64,000 nucleotides of DNA from Pyrinomonadaceae bacterium (GTDB lineage: Bacteria > Acidobacteriota > Blastocatellia > Pyrinomonadales > Pyrinomonadaceae). The stretch covers positions 9,098 through 73,097 of the forward strand of contig JBHENP010000016.1 of NCBI GenBank assembly GCA_046261995.1. The letters run 5' to 3'. The notes beneath the pieces are model-generated. The model was not told the DNA's origin. It was given only the letters and a program-made list of their open reading frames with translations, and did not search any database. Position 1 is the first letter of the stretch, and each line of letters opens with the position of its first letter. This document shows, in pieces, positions 32,956 through 43,039 of this stretch. The position numbers and the translations under genes are program-made.

Positions 32956-33702
32956 ATGAGCGATCCACACGTGGAACTAGACATACTCGCGATCTTTTCC
33001 CACCCGGATGATGCAGAGCTGTCGGTTGCGGGAACCTTGCTCAAGCTGAAATCGCTCGGCTATCGCACCGGCGTGGCAGATATGACGCGCGGCGAAATGG
33101 GCACCCGCGGCACGCCTGAACTGCGCGCGATGGAAGCGCTCGAAGCGGCGCGCGTAATGAATCTTGACGTACGGATTAATCTTGAACATCCGGATGGACA
33201 CGTCTGGCCCAATGAAGATTCGCGCAAGGCAGTCGTGCGAATTATTCGCAGCTACCGCCCTCGGGTATTGATGACGACGCACTGGGACGATCCTCATCCG
33301 GATCACGCGAACACTTGTCGCATCGTGCGCGAGGCGGCGCGACTTGCGACAATGGCCCGTTATGATCCCGAAGCCGGCCAGCAGCCGACCAGGATGCCCG
33401 CGCTGATGCACTCCATCTATTCCAGGCTGGTTAATCCATCATTCATTGTTGATGTTTCTGATTTTGTGGACGAGAAGATGCGTGCCATCAAGGCGCACGC
33501 TTCACAGTTTTACAGTGCGGAATCGAAAGAACCCGTCACACGGATCAGCGACGAAGGCTTCCTACATCAAATCGAGTTTCGGATGCGTTATTACGGTTCG
33601 CTGATTGGGGTGCAAGCCGGGGAAGCATTCTACGTACGCGAGGCGCTTAACGTTGAGGATCCAGTCTCATTATTGACGAGGCCAATGAATATTTATTCTT
33701 AA
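32956..33702 (+). CDS. bshB1: PIG-L family deacetylase, BshB1-like (bacillithiol biosynthesis)
   Basis: ILAIFSHPDDAELSVAGT...GVADMTRGEMGTRGTPELR...HPDH. The pattern matches N-acetylglucosaminyl-malate deacetylases. The subfamily call is from memory. Confidence 0.75.
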   Translation: MSDPHVELDILAIFSHPDDAELSVAGTLLKLKSLGYRTGVADMTRGEMGTRGTPELRAMEALEAARVMNLDVRINLEHPDGHVWPNEDSRKAVVRIIRSYRPRVLMTTHWDDPHPDHANTCRIVREAARLATMARYDPEAGQQPTRMPALMHSIYSRLVNPSFIVDVSDFVDEKMRAIKAHASQFYSAESKEPVTRISDEGFLHQIEFRMRYYGSLIGVQAGEAFYVREALNVEDPVSLLTRPMNIYS

Positions 33703-33817
33703 CTTTGAACTTGGTACTTTGAACTTTGTACCTTGTTACGTAGTACTAGCAACCCCAATACAAAGAACTAAGAACAAAGTACAAAGTACCAAGTTTCAAA
33801 GTACTAAGCTCAAGCAC
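33701..33817. repeat. heptad-periodic palindromic element
   Basis: aactttg/aacttgg/tactttg/aactttg/taccttg on the left and aactaag/aacaaag/tacaaag/taccaag on the right. It fills the gap between two convergent stops. Confidence 0.75.
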
Positions 33818-33818
33818 C

Positions 33819-35735
33819 TTACTGTCCTCGCGGCGGCTGCGCATCCGCAGAAGGTTTCTCGAGCACTGACCGAGCTACTGCCAGAGTGGCGGTGGCGCGC
33901 GGTGCTTCGCTTGTAAAACTCTTAGCCGTCTCAACCGACCTTAAGAAGTCGTCACGAGCAAGCGCGCGGAAGGCGCCGAACAAGTTGAAGTCTTCTGCGT
34001 TCGCACTGGTTGCCATTACCATGGATTTGGTCTGTAGCTGCGCGCTCACGCGACTATCGTCGCCGGTGAACCCCTCCGCGGAATTGGCCGCCTTGACAGC
34101 CTCACTAATTGTCTCCCAAGCCCGCACCCGATCAGCCTGAGTTAATCCGGTGGCCACTGCAACCAGGGCCCGGGCGCGATCGGGATCGCTACCTCCTATG
34201 CGCCGGGCTTCTGTTCCCGCTTCCTCGAGCAGCTCAAGTGCACGGGAGCGATCGGAGGTCATTAAAAGCCGGGCCGCCTGGGTAAAAGCCCATACGCGTT
34301 GCAGGCTGGTGAGCTCGCCAGTCTTCGCCATGCGAGCAGCTTCAGTAGCGTTCTTGTCATTAATTGCCGACTGGGCCGTTTGAAAGTCGATGTAACTGCG
34401 AACTCGCTTGCGTAAATCACTGTCCTCGATCTTGTCGACCAGCTCCCGCGCTCGCGTATCACCTTTGCCGGCGATGGCAATCGCAAGGTCGGCATAGATT
34501 GCGTCGCGCTCTGCGGATGTACGAGCGCGGTCAAGCCCGCGTTGCATAGTTTCAAACGGGTCAGTCGAGCTTTCCGGGGCGAGGCCATTTGTGACTGCCC
34601 GATTCTCACCGCTGCGCATGCCTTCCGGGACGTCAGCTGCCATAGCTGCCAATTGAGCTCGCAGGTCAGCCGCTCTTTCAGGAGCAAACTCCTCAAAGAG
34701 TGGGAGCAGGCGCCGGATGACCATGTACTTGCCGCCTCGGCCTGACGATGTTCGATCCTGATCAGGCGGAGCCAGTGGACGCAGCAAGACTTGCGTAGCC
34801 ACGCGAAAGAACGTCGCACGAAGGGCGGGAGGAAGGTCTGGTCTGGGCCCCTGAGGCCTCTGCCGCTGTTGGTTAGAACCGCCTTCGGTATCGAACGTTA
34901 CATACAAGAAGGGCGTGAAAGCATAGGATGAGAGACCAGAGATTGTGTTTGCGTCCGAAGCGGGGTCGCGTTCCGCACGAGCAAGCAGTGACGCAAATCC
35001 CTGATCGGCTGCCGCCGCATTTTTCTCGCGCAGGGCTGAGAGGAAAGTTATTGAATCCCGGTTTACCTGATCCAGAACGGGACCAGCAAATTCGAGTGCC
35101 CGCTCAACATCTCCATCTTCCAACAAGCGCCGTGCGAGAGCTAACCGCTTCGCCGCAGCTGAGGTTGCCGAGAAATCGTTGGCGGGGTTGGTTTGGCGGG
35201 TTCCGCTGTCGACGGCTGCATCGGCCTCCCTCTGATTTGCTTCTGCCAGCCTCGTGAGAAACTCTTCCCCTAGCCCGCGATCGCGTTTGGCTGCAAGTCT
35301 TAGTACTTCCGCACGCAGATCGGGACGCGCAGTCCTGATAACTGAACCGGTTGACTGTTGCCTCCTTATGTCTTCGGCGGCGCGTCGATCGCTTTCGGCG
35401 TCTTCGGTCTCTGCGGCTTCCCAGGCTTTGCGAAACAAGCCTCGAGCTCTTTCGCTATCGGTTTCCCAGAATGCATCGGCGACCCGAGCTTGAACTCGGG
35501 CCCGGAGTTTCGGCTCACGAAAACTGCGGGCATCGTCGGCAAGAGACTGCAAAAGTGAGATGGCGACCACTTGACGCTGAGCGGCAATGGGATCCGGCTC
35601 CTCAGCTTTTACCGCCTTGCTCCGAGAAGATTTGCGTGGAGTTGTTTCCTTTTTTTCCGAAGGCGCTTGAGCGTAAAGCACTGAGGTAAGCGCGATGAGA
35701 CAAAGGCTAGCCAGAAGGGAAGCACGATGGGCCAT
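33819..35735 (-). CDS. hypothetical secreted Ala/Arg-rich alpha-helical repeat protein
   Basis: 638 aa with AGGAGA upstream of the ATG and a signal peptide (LCLIALTSVLYAQA). I recognise no catalytic motif. Confidence 0.6.
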   Translation of the reverse strand: MAHRASLLASLCLIALTSVLYAQAPSEKKETTPRKSSRSKAVKAEEPDPIAAQRQVVAISLLQSLADDARSFREPKLRARVQARVADAFWETDSERARGLFRKAWEAAETEDAESDRRAAEDIRRQQSTGSVIRTARPDLRAEVLRLAAKRDRGLGEEFLTRLAEANQREADAAVDSGTRQTNPANDFSATSAAAKRLALARRLLEDGDVERALEFAGPVLDQVNRDSITFLSALREKNAAAADQGFASLLARAERDPASDANTISGLSSYAFTPFLYVTFDTEGGSNQQRQRPQGPRPDLPPALRATFFRVATQVLLRPLAPPDQDRTSSGRGGKYMVIRRLLPLFEEFAPERAADLRAQLAAMAADVPEGMRSGENRAVTNGLAPESSTDPFETMQRGLDRARTSAERDAIYADLAIAIAGKGDTRARELVDKIEDSDLRKRVRSYIDFQTAQSAINDKNATEAARMAKTGELTSLQRVWAFTQAARLLMTSDRSRALELLEEAGTEARRIGGSDPDRARALVAVATGLTQADRVRAWETISEAVKAANSAEGFTGDDSRVSAQLQTKSMVMATSANAEDFNLFGAFRALARDDFLRSVETAKSFTSEAPRATATLAVARSVLEKPSADAQPPRGQ

Positions 35736-35853
35736 GTTGTTCTCCTACGAGGTAAGCTGAAGATAGATTGAGCCAACGCTTACACGTGTGGGAGGAGCAA
35801 CAGTTCCAGAAAACTATGCCGTGGGATCTTAGATGGTTCCCAAGGGTGGGTAA

Positions 35854-35936
35854 TCACGCAAAGACGCAAAGGGGGCAAAGGCGCAAAGTCTAATGCCTAT
35901 TCTTTTTGCGCCTTTGCCCTTTGCGTCTTTTCGTGA
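35854..35936. repeat. palindromic element family A, copy 2
   Basis: TCACGCAAAGACGCAAAGGGGGCAAAGGCGCAAAG ... CTTTTTGCGCCTTTGCCCTTTGCGTCTTTTCGTGA. Confidence 0.85.
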
Positions 35937-35953
35937 AATCCTTGCTCCGAAGT

Positions 35954-36523
35954 CTAAACCGCAACCACCTCAATCTCGGGGTCGACTTCCTGCTTCAGCA
36001 TCCCTTCGATGGCCATCAACGTACCCGTTAGCGAGCTGGGGCAACTTCCGCACGCTCCCTGATATCGGATGCTCAACGTATGTTCCTTGAGGCCCAGCAC
36101 TTCCAGGTACCCGCCATCACCCATCAGCGCGGGACGCACTTTCTCATCCAGAATGTCGTTTATTTTTAGCAGCCGAGGATCGTCGCTGGTTATGGCTGCT
36201 ATCGAACCTCCTATTGCTGCCCCGGCTGCTGCCGCTGCGCCAGTGGCAGATGCTACTGATTCAGCCGCGCGAATTGGTACCGCAAGGATAGGAAGCAAAT
36301 CGTCCCAATCACCTTCATCGTCCTTTTCCACCGTAATCATACGGTCCATGTAAAAGACGGAAACTACGTGGTCCACATCAAAGAGTGTCTTCGCCAAGGG
36401 ATCATCCTGCGCCTGCGTTCGGGAGGCGTAGGAATGGGCGGTGCCGTTGCTTACCGGCTCGCGGAGGATAAACTTGACCGCATTTGGGTTGGGCGTCTCT
36501 TCAATGTCACTAATTTTCGGCAT
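35954..36523 (-). CDS. Nfu/NifU-like Fe-S cluster scaffold/carrier protein
   Basis: Nfu N-terminal domain (ETPNPNAVKFIL), an Ala-rich linker and a NifU C-terminal domain with the CGSCPSS motif. GGAGA upstream of the ATG. Confidence 0.85.
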   Translation of the reverse strand: MPKISDIEETPNPNAVKFILREPVSNGTAHSYASRTQAQDDPLAKTLFDVDHVVSVFYMDRMITVEKDDEGDWDDLLPILAVPIRAAESVASATGAAAAAGAAIGGSIAAITSDDPRLLKINDILDEKVRPALMGDGGYLEVLGLKEHTLSIRYQGACGSCPSSLTGTLMAIEGMLKQEVDPEIEVVAV

Positions 36524-36784
36524 TTATCGATCTCCATTTGTTCGCTTACTACGACCACCTCTATGGGGTGAAGTTAGTCAGACGCTCTTGAATACTCCTA
36601 AGTATTATAGCTTGTTTACTGATTAAGTCGCAGGCAGCTCTAGTCAGGCCTCATTCACGGCAAGTTCATGTATGAAATACATAAAAATAGCTAGCAAGGA
36701 CTGTTGCCAAAACGACGGTCCAGGCATATACTCCGTGCCCTCACTTGCCCCCCCCTTTTCAAGAGGTGAGACAAGTTGAGATAG

Positions 36785-36824
36785 AGGCAGGCGATTGCGA
36801 GGGTCGCCTGCCTTTCCTTTTGCG
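36785..36824 (+). terminator. orphan plus-strand terminator-like hairpin
   Basis: AGGCAGGCGA ttgcgaggg TCGCCTGCCT followed by TTCCTTTTGCG. There is no annotated plus-strand gene upstream. Confidence 0.35.
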
Positions 36825-36870
36825 TAGGCATAGGTGCGATGATGAGGAGAGCCCAAGTCAGCAACCGATG

Positions 36871-36909
36871 AAAAAGGGCAGCTTCCGAGGTACAAATCCG
36901 AGGCTGCCC
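36871..36909 (-). terminator. rho-independent terminator candidate after the di-haem pseudogene
   Basis: On the minus strand, GGGCAGCCTC - 14 nt - GAAGCTGCCC followed by TTTTTC. It lies 31 nt after the stop. Confidence 0.5.
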
Positions 36910-36939
36910 TTAGTATTTCACTCGGACCTCAAGACGTCT

Positions 36940-38550
36940 TCACTCTATGTCGGACGGATTGTTGAAGAGCACGGTGAGCTTAACGCTTCCGTGTCCGAAT
37001 TGTGGAAATCCGTTCGCATGGCGGTTTCCGGGGTCAAGGTTGGAAGCTGTGTCGTCCGGTGGAAAGATGACCAGCGAATTCAGGAACTCAAGGACCTTGA
37101 ATTGATCGCCGGGCGACAGCTCGGCGAAGGCGTTGCGCGCCTCTTGTGCCTCCTGTCCGTGGCGCAGGATGACTTCTCGAAGGTTAATGCTACGGCCGTC
37201 ATGTCCGTACGGGGCAGTAGTGCCAACTCCCCAGAGCGCCGAATTTCTTTTGGATCGTCCCGTCGTAGTTGCGCTCGTAGAAGTTAGGACCAAGATCGTG
37301 ACGCTTGAAGTCGGTGAAAATATTTTTCACCGGGAACGGTTGGTTTGCTGGTCGCTTTAGCGTCGGAAACCCACTGCCGTCATCGTGCGATGTGAAGAGT
37401 GCGGTGGCTGTCCCGAACAGGTTATTGAAGATTCCGTTTTCGGTGTCATAAACCGTTTCCAGATCCGCAACTCGGCGATCGCGGCTGATCTGAAGGTCGG
37501 GAATGTGACATTGGGCGCATCCAATCTCCTGAAATTTCTGGCGGCCGGCGATCACTGTGTTGCTCTGCTCGTATGTGGCAGGCTTGAAATAGTTAAGTAG
37601 GTAGAACTCCATGAAGTCGACGATGCTGGTCGGGATCTCATTCGCGACCCCGTCCCCGTCTGCATCCTCCATGGGGGTTGTGACTGGGGTCCCTTCGATC
37701 TGGTCCTTCGCACCATCGAGCACCATGCCCGAGGGCGTGGTGAATTTGCTGCCGTCACGTGCTGCCGCTAATTCGGGGTCCACCGACTGGAGACCCATTT
37801 CGGCGTTCCAGGCGCCGACGATGAACTCGCGAATGGAAATCGTCCCGCCCTGCGCAAACAAAGGGCGGACGCGCAGGTCAGCATCTACGCCGCTGACGCG
37901 GCTGGTATCTACCGAAACCTGATTGCCATGGCGCGTCGCGATGATAGAACCGTAGTTGATGCCTTTGCTGGTCAGGGTCTTGGTCACCGGCCGGTTCGAA
38001 GGCGAGCGGCGTGCTTCCTCGATTGCCTGCAAACGGATCGCGCGCAGGTCGGACGTGATTTCGTCGGCCAGCATTTCTTTCAGCCCTAGTCCGAAGAGGT
38101 GTGGCGCGTCTCGGCTATCGGGTCTGGTTACGACATCTCCGCCGGAGCCGGCCGCGCCCCGAGGTCGCCCATGGCAGCCTGCGCAGCTATCTACCAGCCC
38201 GGCACCGATAGCCAGGGTAGTTTCGATGTTGCCCCAGGCCATCTCCTGAGAGCGGGCCTATTCCTTGTAGTCGGGTGTACTTACGCTGGAAGAGTTGTCT
38301 CCCGCGGCGTATTGCCCGAAATGGGTCTCGTTTGATAATGGAACGACGACGAGTCTGGCGTCATGAGATTGCCACGACCGGCTCCTGCCTGTTGAGCGAA
38401 GGACTTGTTAATGCCTACGTCCGCGGCGTTAGGAGTGACTGTTTTATCGGGAAGTTGTGCGTGGCCAATCGGGGCCATCCACATGACGACAGCGAAGCAG
38501 GTCAGGGTGAGGACGATCGCTACGACCCGACCCGTCTGTTTCGAGCTCAT
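36940..38550 (-). pseudogene. DUF1111-type di-haem cytochrome c (putative peroxidase/thiol oxidoreductase), disrupted by three frameshifts
   Basis: Four collinear segments in frames 0, 2, 1, 0. (1) Signal peptide ORF 38281..38550. (2) Unlisted frame reading IIKRDPFRAIRRGRQLFQRKYTRLQGIGPLSGDGLG. (3) ORF 37199..38242 with two CxxCH motifs (CAGCHG, CAQCHIP). (4) ORF 36940..37293 (ALWGVGTTAPYGHDGRS). Removing one nt at 38340/38341 (gg), 38232..38235 (cccc) and 37248..37251 (tttt) restores a single frame. Confidence 0.75.
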
Positions 38551-38789
38551 ATATGTGTCTCCTTAGGTTTAGGGGATTCTCCGCGCTAAGTCGGATTCAC
38601 AGTTATTGAGAGTTAGGTGCTTGAACGATGTTACCTGGATTCAAACAGGCGCCATACACCTTCACAAGACATTTTTGGAAAACTTTTTGTCGTCGGCTCA
38701 ATTTAAGTCAAGCGCACCTGTCGGAGTTGTTGCCGGTTCAATTTCTTGACCGTCTCTACTGATTAAGGCGGGAACTAGGAGTGAAAGCG

Positions 38790-39089
38790 TTAATGGCGAT
38801 CCAGATTATTCTCGCCCGAGCGGAAATAAATGGGGGGCATAAGGCCGCCGTCATAATTGTAGGCCGTAACATCCTGAGATATTTTTGGTACCTCATCGAG
38901 CCAGTTGAGGGGTCGCTGGAAACTGTGAGGAGTGAGGGTCTGATCTTTCTTATGGACCACCTTTTGTGCGGAAAAGTCAGCCATGATGGCCCTGGGGAAC
39001 TCGGCTTGAGCAAATATCGACTTGAGCCTTACATCAATGACTGGTGGCCGTACGTCCCTCTTAAGCGTCTTTAACTTGCATACTCTCAT
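38790..39089 (-). CDS. hypothetical protein (weak call)
   Basis: The 99-aa ORF starts inside a repeat arm. An internal ATG at 38984 would give 64 aa. No clear RBS, and an overlapping plus-strand ORF 38781..39074 is equally unsupported. Confidence 0.2.
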   Translation of the reverse strand: MRVCKLKTLKRDVRPPVIDVRLKSIFAQAEFPRAIMADFSAQKVVHKKDQTLTPHSFQRPLNWLDEVPKISQDVTAYNYDGGLMPPIYFRSGENNLDRH

Positions 39090-39256
39090 TCACAGCGAGG
39101 CTTTAGTCCGGTGTTGGAGCGTTGATTTCTGATTCTTCTAACCGTTTTAACGGTTTGGAGTGCTGAGAGAATGACGCTTCTGAAAACCGTTAAAAACGGT
39201 CCCAAGGTGTCGGGGGCTCGCTCTTAACACCCGGCTAAAGCCTCGGTGTGACTGAG
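39085..39256. repeat. MITE-like element with 31-nt terminal inverted repeats
   Basis: CTCATTCACAGCGAGGCTTTAGTCCGGTGTT pairs with AACACCCGGCTAAAGCCTCGGTGTGACTGAG at 27 of 31 positions. Internal palindromes ACCGTTttAACGGT and ACCGTTaaaAACGGT. Confidence 0.8.
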
Positions 39257-39545
39257 ATTGTTAGGAGGAACAGAAGTGAACTATCACCGGCGCGGCGTGA
39301 CTTCCTCAGTTATCAAAAGGAAAGGCTGTCTAGCGTTCGACGTGCAACAAAGGATGGCGACACTGGAGGACCGAGCCAGGGGAACGCAGTGTTGGATTAA
39401 TCGCGCAAGCAGAGGCGCTTGACTTTCGGCCGCGGCTTTTTGATCTTTCGTAGAGAATGATTGATTCTTACGTTATTCTGAAAACGGGAAGAATCTAAAC
39501 AAGAACCTCGAAGATTAACTGACCACGGACCACCTGACGAAGATT

Positions 39546-40682
39546 ATGAACATCGGCATCACGGTCTACCCAACCTATGGCGGCAGCGGCATCGTGGGCT
39601 CCGAATTGGGAAAGGAGTTAGCGGCGCGCGGCCACACAGTCCATTTCATCTCATCGGCCTTACCGACGCGGCTGACGGAACTCAACGAGCGCGTGAGGTT
39701 TCATGAGGTAGAGATGATGTCGTACCCCTTATTTGAGCATCAGCCGTATACACTCGCGCTGGCAACAAAGATGGCGAAGGTAGCTGAGACAGAGAATCTT
39801 GATATTCTGCACGTACACTACGCAATCCCGCATTCCATAAGCGCGATCCTCGCGCGTGAGTCTCTGAAACCAAATCGCCGGCTGCCTGTAATCACGACAC
39901 TCCACGGTACCGACATAACTCTGGTTGGCGCTGACCGCTCGTATTTGCCAATTACTCGTTACGGCATTGTCCAATCAGATGGTGTGACGGCCATCTCGCA
40001 TTATCTAAAAGCTGCCACCAAGGAGATTTTTCAGTTTGATGAAATTACTGTGATTCCAAATTTTGTTTGTGCTTCGGATTACCAGAGGCATCCGGTTGAC
40101 GAGTTGCGCAACACACTGGCGCCCATGGGAGAGTCGCTGCTGGTCCACGTATCCAACTTCCGTCCCGTGAAGCGACCGGTCGACTGCGTCGAAATATTCG
40201 CGCGCGTCCTGAAGAAAGTAACAAAAGTGAGGCTCGTGATGGTGGGAGACGGCAGCGAGCGCATGAACGTCGAACATCGAGCACGATGTCTGAACATTTA
40301 TGAAAAATGTTCATTTGTGGGAAAGCAGCCGAACATCGTGGACTATCTCTCTGCGTCAGACGTGCTCCTGCTTCCTTCCGAACAGGAATCATTTGGTCTG
40401 GCGGCACTCGAAGCGATGGCTTGCGAAGTGCCTGTAATCGCCTCGCGAGTGGGCGGCGTTCCGGAAGTCGTGGATGACGGCCACTCCGGGTATCTCAGTG
40501 AAGTCGGCGACGTCGAGAAGATGGCCCAGGATGCAGTCCGGCTGCTGGCTAATGCTGACTTCCGACGGAACATGGGCCGCCGCGCACGTGAACTGGCGCT
40601 ATCGCGTTACCGGACCGATATCGTTATCCCGCAATACATACAGTTTTATGAAAGTGTTCTGGCGAAGTGGCATAGACTTTAA
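39546..40682 (+). CDS. bshA: N-acetyl-alpha-D-glucosaminyl L-malate synthase (bacillithiol glycosyltransferase)
   Basis: [35 protein letters not shown] is the characteristic BshA N-terminus. GT4 C-terminal [29 protein letters not shown]. Confidence 0.85.
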   Translation: MNIGITVYPTYGGSGIVGSELGKELAARGHTVHFISSALPTRLTELNERVRFHEVEMMSYPLFEHQPYTLALATKMAKVAETENLDILHVHYAIPHSISAILARESLKPNRRLPVITTLHGTDITLVGADRSYLPITRYGIVQSDGVTAISHYLKAATKEIFQFDEITVIPNFVCASDYQRHPVDELRNTLAPMGESLLVHVSNFRPVKRPVDCVEIFARVLKKVTKVRLVMVGDGSERMNVEHRARCLNIYEKCSFVGKQPNIVDYLSASDVLLLPSEQESFGLAALEAMACEVPVIASRVGGVPEVVDDGHSGYLSEVGDVEKMAQDAVRLLANADFRRNMGRRARELALSRYRTDIVIPQYIQFYESVLAKWHRL

Positions 40683-40758
40683 GTCTGTGTTGCCGGTTGA
40701 GTGGCAACAGCCATTGGTTGAGCGCGGGGGGACTTGAAAACACAGACTGAAGTCTATG
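40671..40758. repeat. palindromic element family D, copy 2, covering the bshA stop and selB start
   Basis: CATAGACTTTAAGTCTGTGTT (contains the bshA TAA at 40680..40682) and AACACAGACTGAAGTCTATG (ends with the selB ATG at 40756..40758). Confidence 0.7.
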
Positions 40759-42678
40759 TTACGTTCCATTATCGTAGGCACTGCAGGCCACATTGACCAC
40801 GGCAAGAGCGCATTGGTGCGTGCTCTCACGGGAAGGGATCCGGACCGGCTGCCGGAAGAAAAGCGACGTGGGATAACAATCGACCTCGGCTTTGCAGATC
40901 TGGAGCTTGGAGATCTTCGCATTGGGTTTGTCGATGTCCCCGGCCATGAAAGGTTCGTAAAGAACATGCTCGCGGGCGCGCACGGCTTAGATGTTGTCGC
41001 ACTGGTGATCGCTGCTGACGAGGGCGTGATGCCGCAGACTCGAGAGCATTTCGACATCTGCCGCCTTCTGGGAGTCCAGACAGGCTTGATTGTGATCACC
41101 AAAACGGATCTTGTTGAGAAAGAGTTGATCCCGCTCGTAGTTGATGAGGCGGAAGAACTGGTTGGCGGTTCGTTTTTGGACGGCGCACCAATGGTGGCGG
41201 TGAGCGCAAAAACCGGAGCGGGTTTGGACGAATTGAAAGCGATGCTGCAGGAACTGGCCGGGCAAGTGCCTGCCCGCTCCACGGACTCAGTTAGCCGGCT
41301 GCCGGTTGATCGAGCCTTTACGATGAAGGGATTCGGCGCGGTTATCACCGGCACTCTGGTTACCGGAGAGATCGCAGAGGGAGCTGAACTTCAGCTGCTG
41401 CCTTCGCTGATTCGCGCGCGCGCGCGAGGTTTGCAGGTGCACGGAAAAACTGTCGGCCACGCGACTGCGGGCCAAAGAACGGCAGTTAATCTTGGAGGTG
41501 TCGATACCGCCATGATTGAGCGCGGGATGGTGCTCGCGCCGATCGGCCGTCTACGGCCCACGCAGATCATCGACGCGGATTTAACCTTACTCCTGAACGC
41601 CGCCCGCGCGTTACGCTCACGTGCTCGAGTTCGTCTCCATATTCACGGGGCGGAAGTTCTGGCGCGAGTGCAGGTGCTAACCGAGGGTGGTCAGGTAGCG
41701 CCGGGTGATAGGGGTTTTGTGCAACTGCGACTCGAAACGCCCGTAGCGGCAGTGGCCGGAGAGCGATTCATTATTCGTTCGTATTCTCCCTCCCAAACTG
41801 CGGCTGGCGGCCTGATACTCGATCCGTTTGCCCCCAAGCATCGAGGACGTGACCTGCCCCAGGTCCGGCAACGGCTGACGAAGTTGATGGTCGCTAGTCG
41901 TGCAGATCGAATATCGCTGTTCGTCGAATCCTCCGGCGACCACGGTCAACGCTTCGCCGATCTTGCCGCTCGAACCGGCTGGAACGATGACACGCTTACT
42001 CAGACCTTCAATGAGGCAAAGCAAAGCGGAGCGGTAATTGAATGCGAAGGTGTGTTTGTTTCAACGGGAGCGTTTCAAGGTCTGAAACAGGCAGCCATGG
42101 ATGAAGTCAGCCAACATCACCGAAGAGAGCCGTTGGCTCGAGGTGCGGCGCGCGAGACTCTTCGCGAGCGACGCTTTGCCCACACTCCTCCTGAAGTTTT
42201 TCGCGCAGTGCTGCTGGCACTGGAGCGGGAAGGCGCGCTTGTTTCTGACAGGGATGTGGTCCGTGCCCACACACATACCGTCGAACTGTCTGCCGGCGAC
42301 GCAGGATTGCGCGATCGACTGGCGCAACTGTATGAGAAGGCAGACCTGGAACCGCCTTCTCTGGACGAGGCGATGGAGGCGGCCATGGTTACCAGTTCGC
42401 AGCGAAGCCACGGCCGAAAAGTACTGCAACTCTTGATTGACGGTCAGACTTTGGTCCGGGTCCAGGGAGAATTGTTTTTCCACCGAAACGCGCTCGATAA
42501 ATTGATAGCCAGGCTGAAGGAATTTGGCGAGCAACATGAGCCTGGGAGGACGATCGACGTTGCTACTTTCAAGGATCTAGCCGGGGTTTCCCGGAAGTAT
42601 GCTATTCCGTTGCTGGAGTTTTTGGATCGCGAACGGATAACCAGACGAGAAGGCGACCGACGCGCGATTCTGAAATGA
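40756..42678 (+). CDS. selB: selenocysteine-specific translation elongation factor SelB
   Basis: 640 aa. GTPase motifs [19 protein letters not shown] and TKTD. Long C-terminal winged-helix region ending [27 protein letters not shown], typical of the SECIS-binding end of SelB. Confidence 0.92.
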   Translation: MLRSIIVGTAGHIDHGKSALVRALTGRDPDRLPEEKRRGITIDLGFADLELGDLRIGFVDVPGHERFVKNMLAGAHGLDVVALVIAADEGVMPQTREHFDICRLLGVQTGLIVITKTDLVEKELIPLVVDEAEELVGGSFLDGAPMVAVSAKTGAGLDELKAMLQELAGQVPARSTDSVSRLPVDRAFTMKGFGAVITGTLVTGEIAEGAELQLLPSLIRARARGLQVHGKTVGHATAGQRTAVNLGGVDTAMIERGMVLAPIGRLRPTQIIDADLTLLLNAARALRSRARVRLHIHGAEVLARVQVLTEGGQVAPGDRGFVQLRLETPVAAVAGERFIIRSYSPSQTAAGGLILDPFAPKHRGRDLPQVRQRLTKLMVASRADRISLFVESSGDHGQRFADLAARTGWNDDTLTQTFNEAKQSGAVIECEGVFVSTGAFQGLKQAAMDEVSQHHRREPLARGAARETLRERRFAHTPPEVFRAVLLALEREGALVSDRDVVRAHTHTVELSAGDAGLRDRLAQLYEKADLEPPSLDEAMEAAMVTSSQRSHGRKVLQLLIDGQTLVRVQGELFFHRNALDKLIARLKEFGEQHEPGRTIDVATFKDLAGVSRKYAIPLLEFLDRERITRREGDRRAILK

Positions 42679-43015
42679 GTGCTCGGATGAACAAAATGAA
42701 CTGCAAACACTTTACATGTGCGAGGGCCAGGAATAGAATTCGCCCGCCCGGATTTGGCCGGTGCGCACGGCTACGTGGTACAGGCGGGGTTTATCCTGGA
42801 GAATGATCCGACGTCCCTGCTTATCATTCTACGGTGCTGGCGGCGCCAGTCTCCCTCAAGGTTCTTGCGCTTATAAAGGGGCCCCGACAGAGGATTTTAG
42901 AAATGCATCTTGTCGGGTTGGAATGGCAGTAACTCCCCCGTTTAGTCCTAATTTTAAGACGCGATCCCTCAGATCAAGGGCTTGCTTTCATCCGAGTGCA
43001 AGCGTTAACATGCAG

Positions 43016-43039
43016 GCCACATTAACGTGTCGGCTTTTT
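43016..43039 (+). terminator. weak terminator-like hairpin
   Basis: GCCACA ttaacg TGT(C)GGC followed by TTTTTCC. Confidence 0.3.

Noticed and set aside
38781-39074. 97-aa plus-strand ORF overlapping the 99-aa minus-strand ORF
   Set aside because: Neither has an RBS or a motif. One end lies in a MITE arm. Only the minus-strand ORF is listed, at very low confidence.
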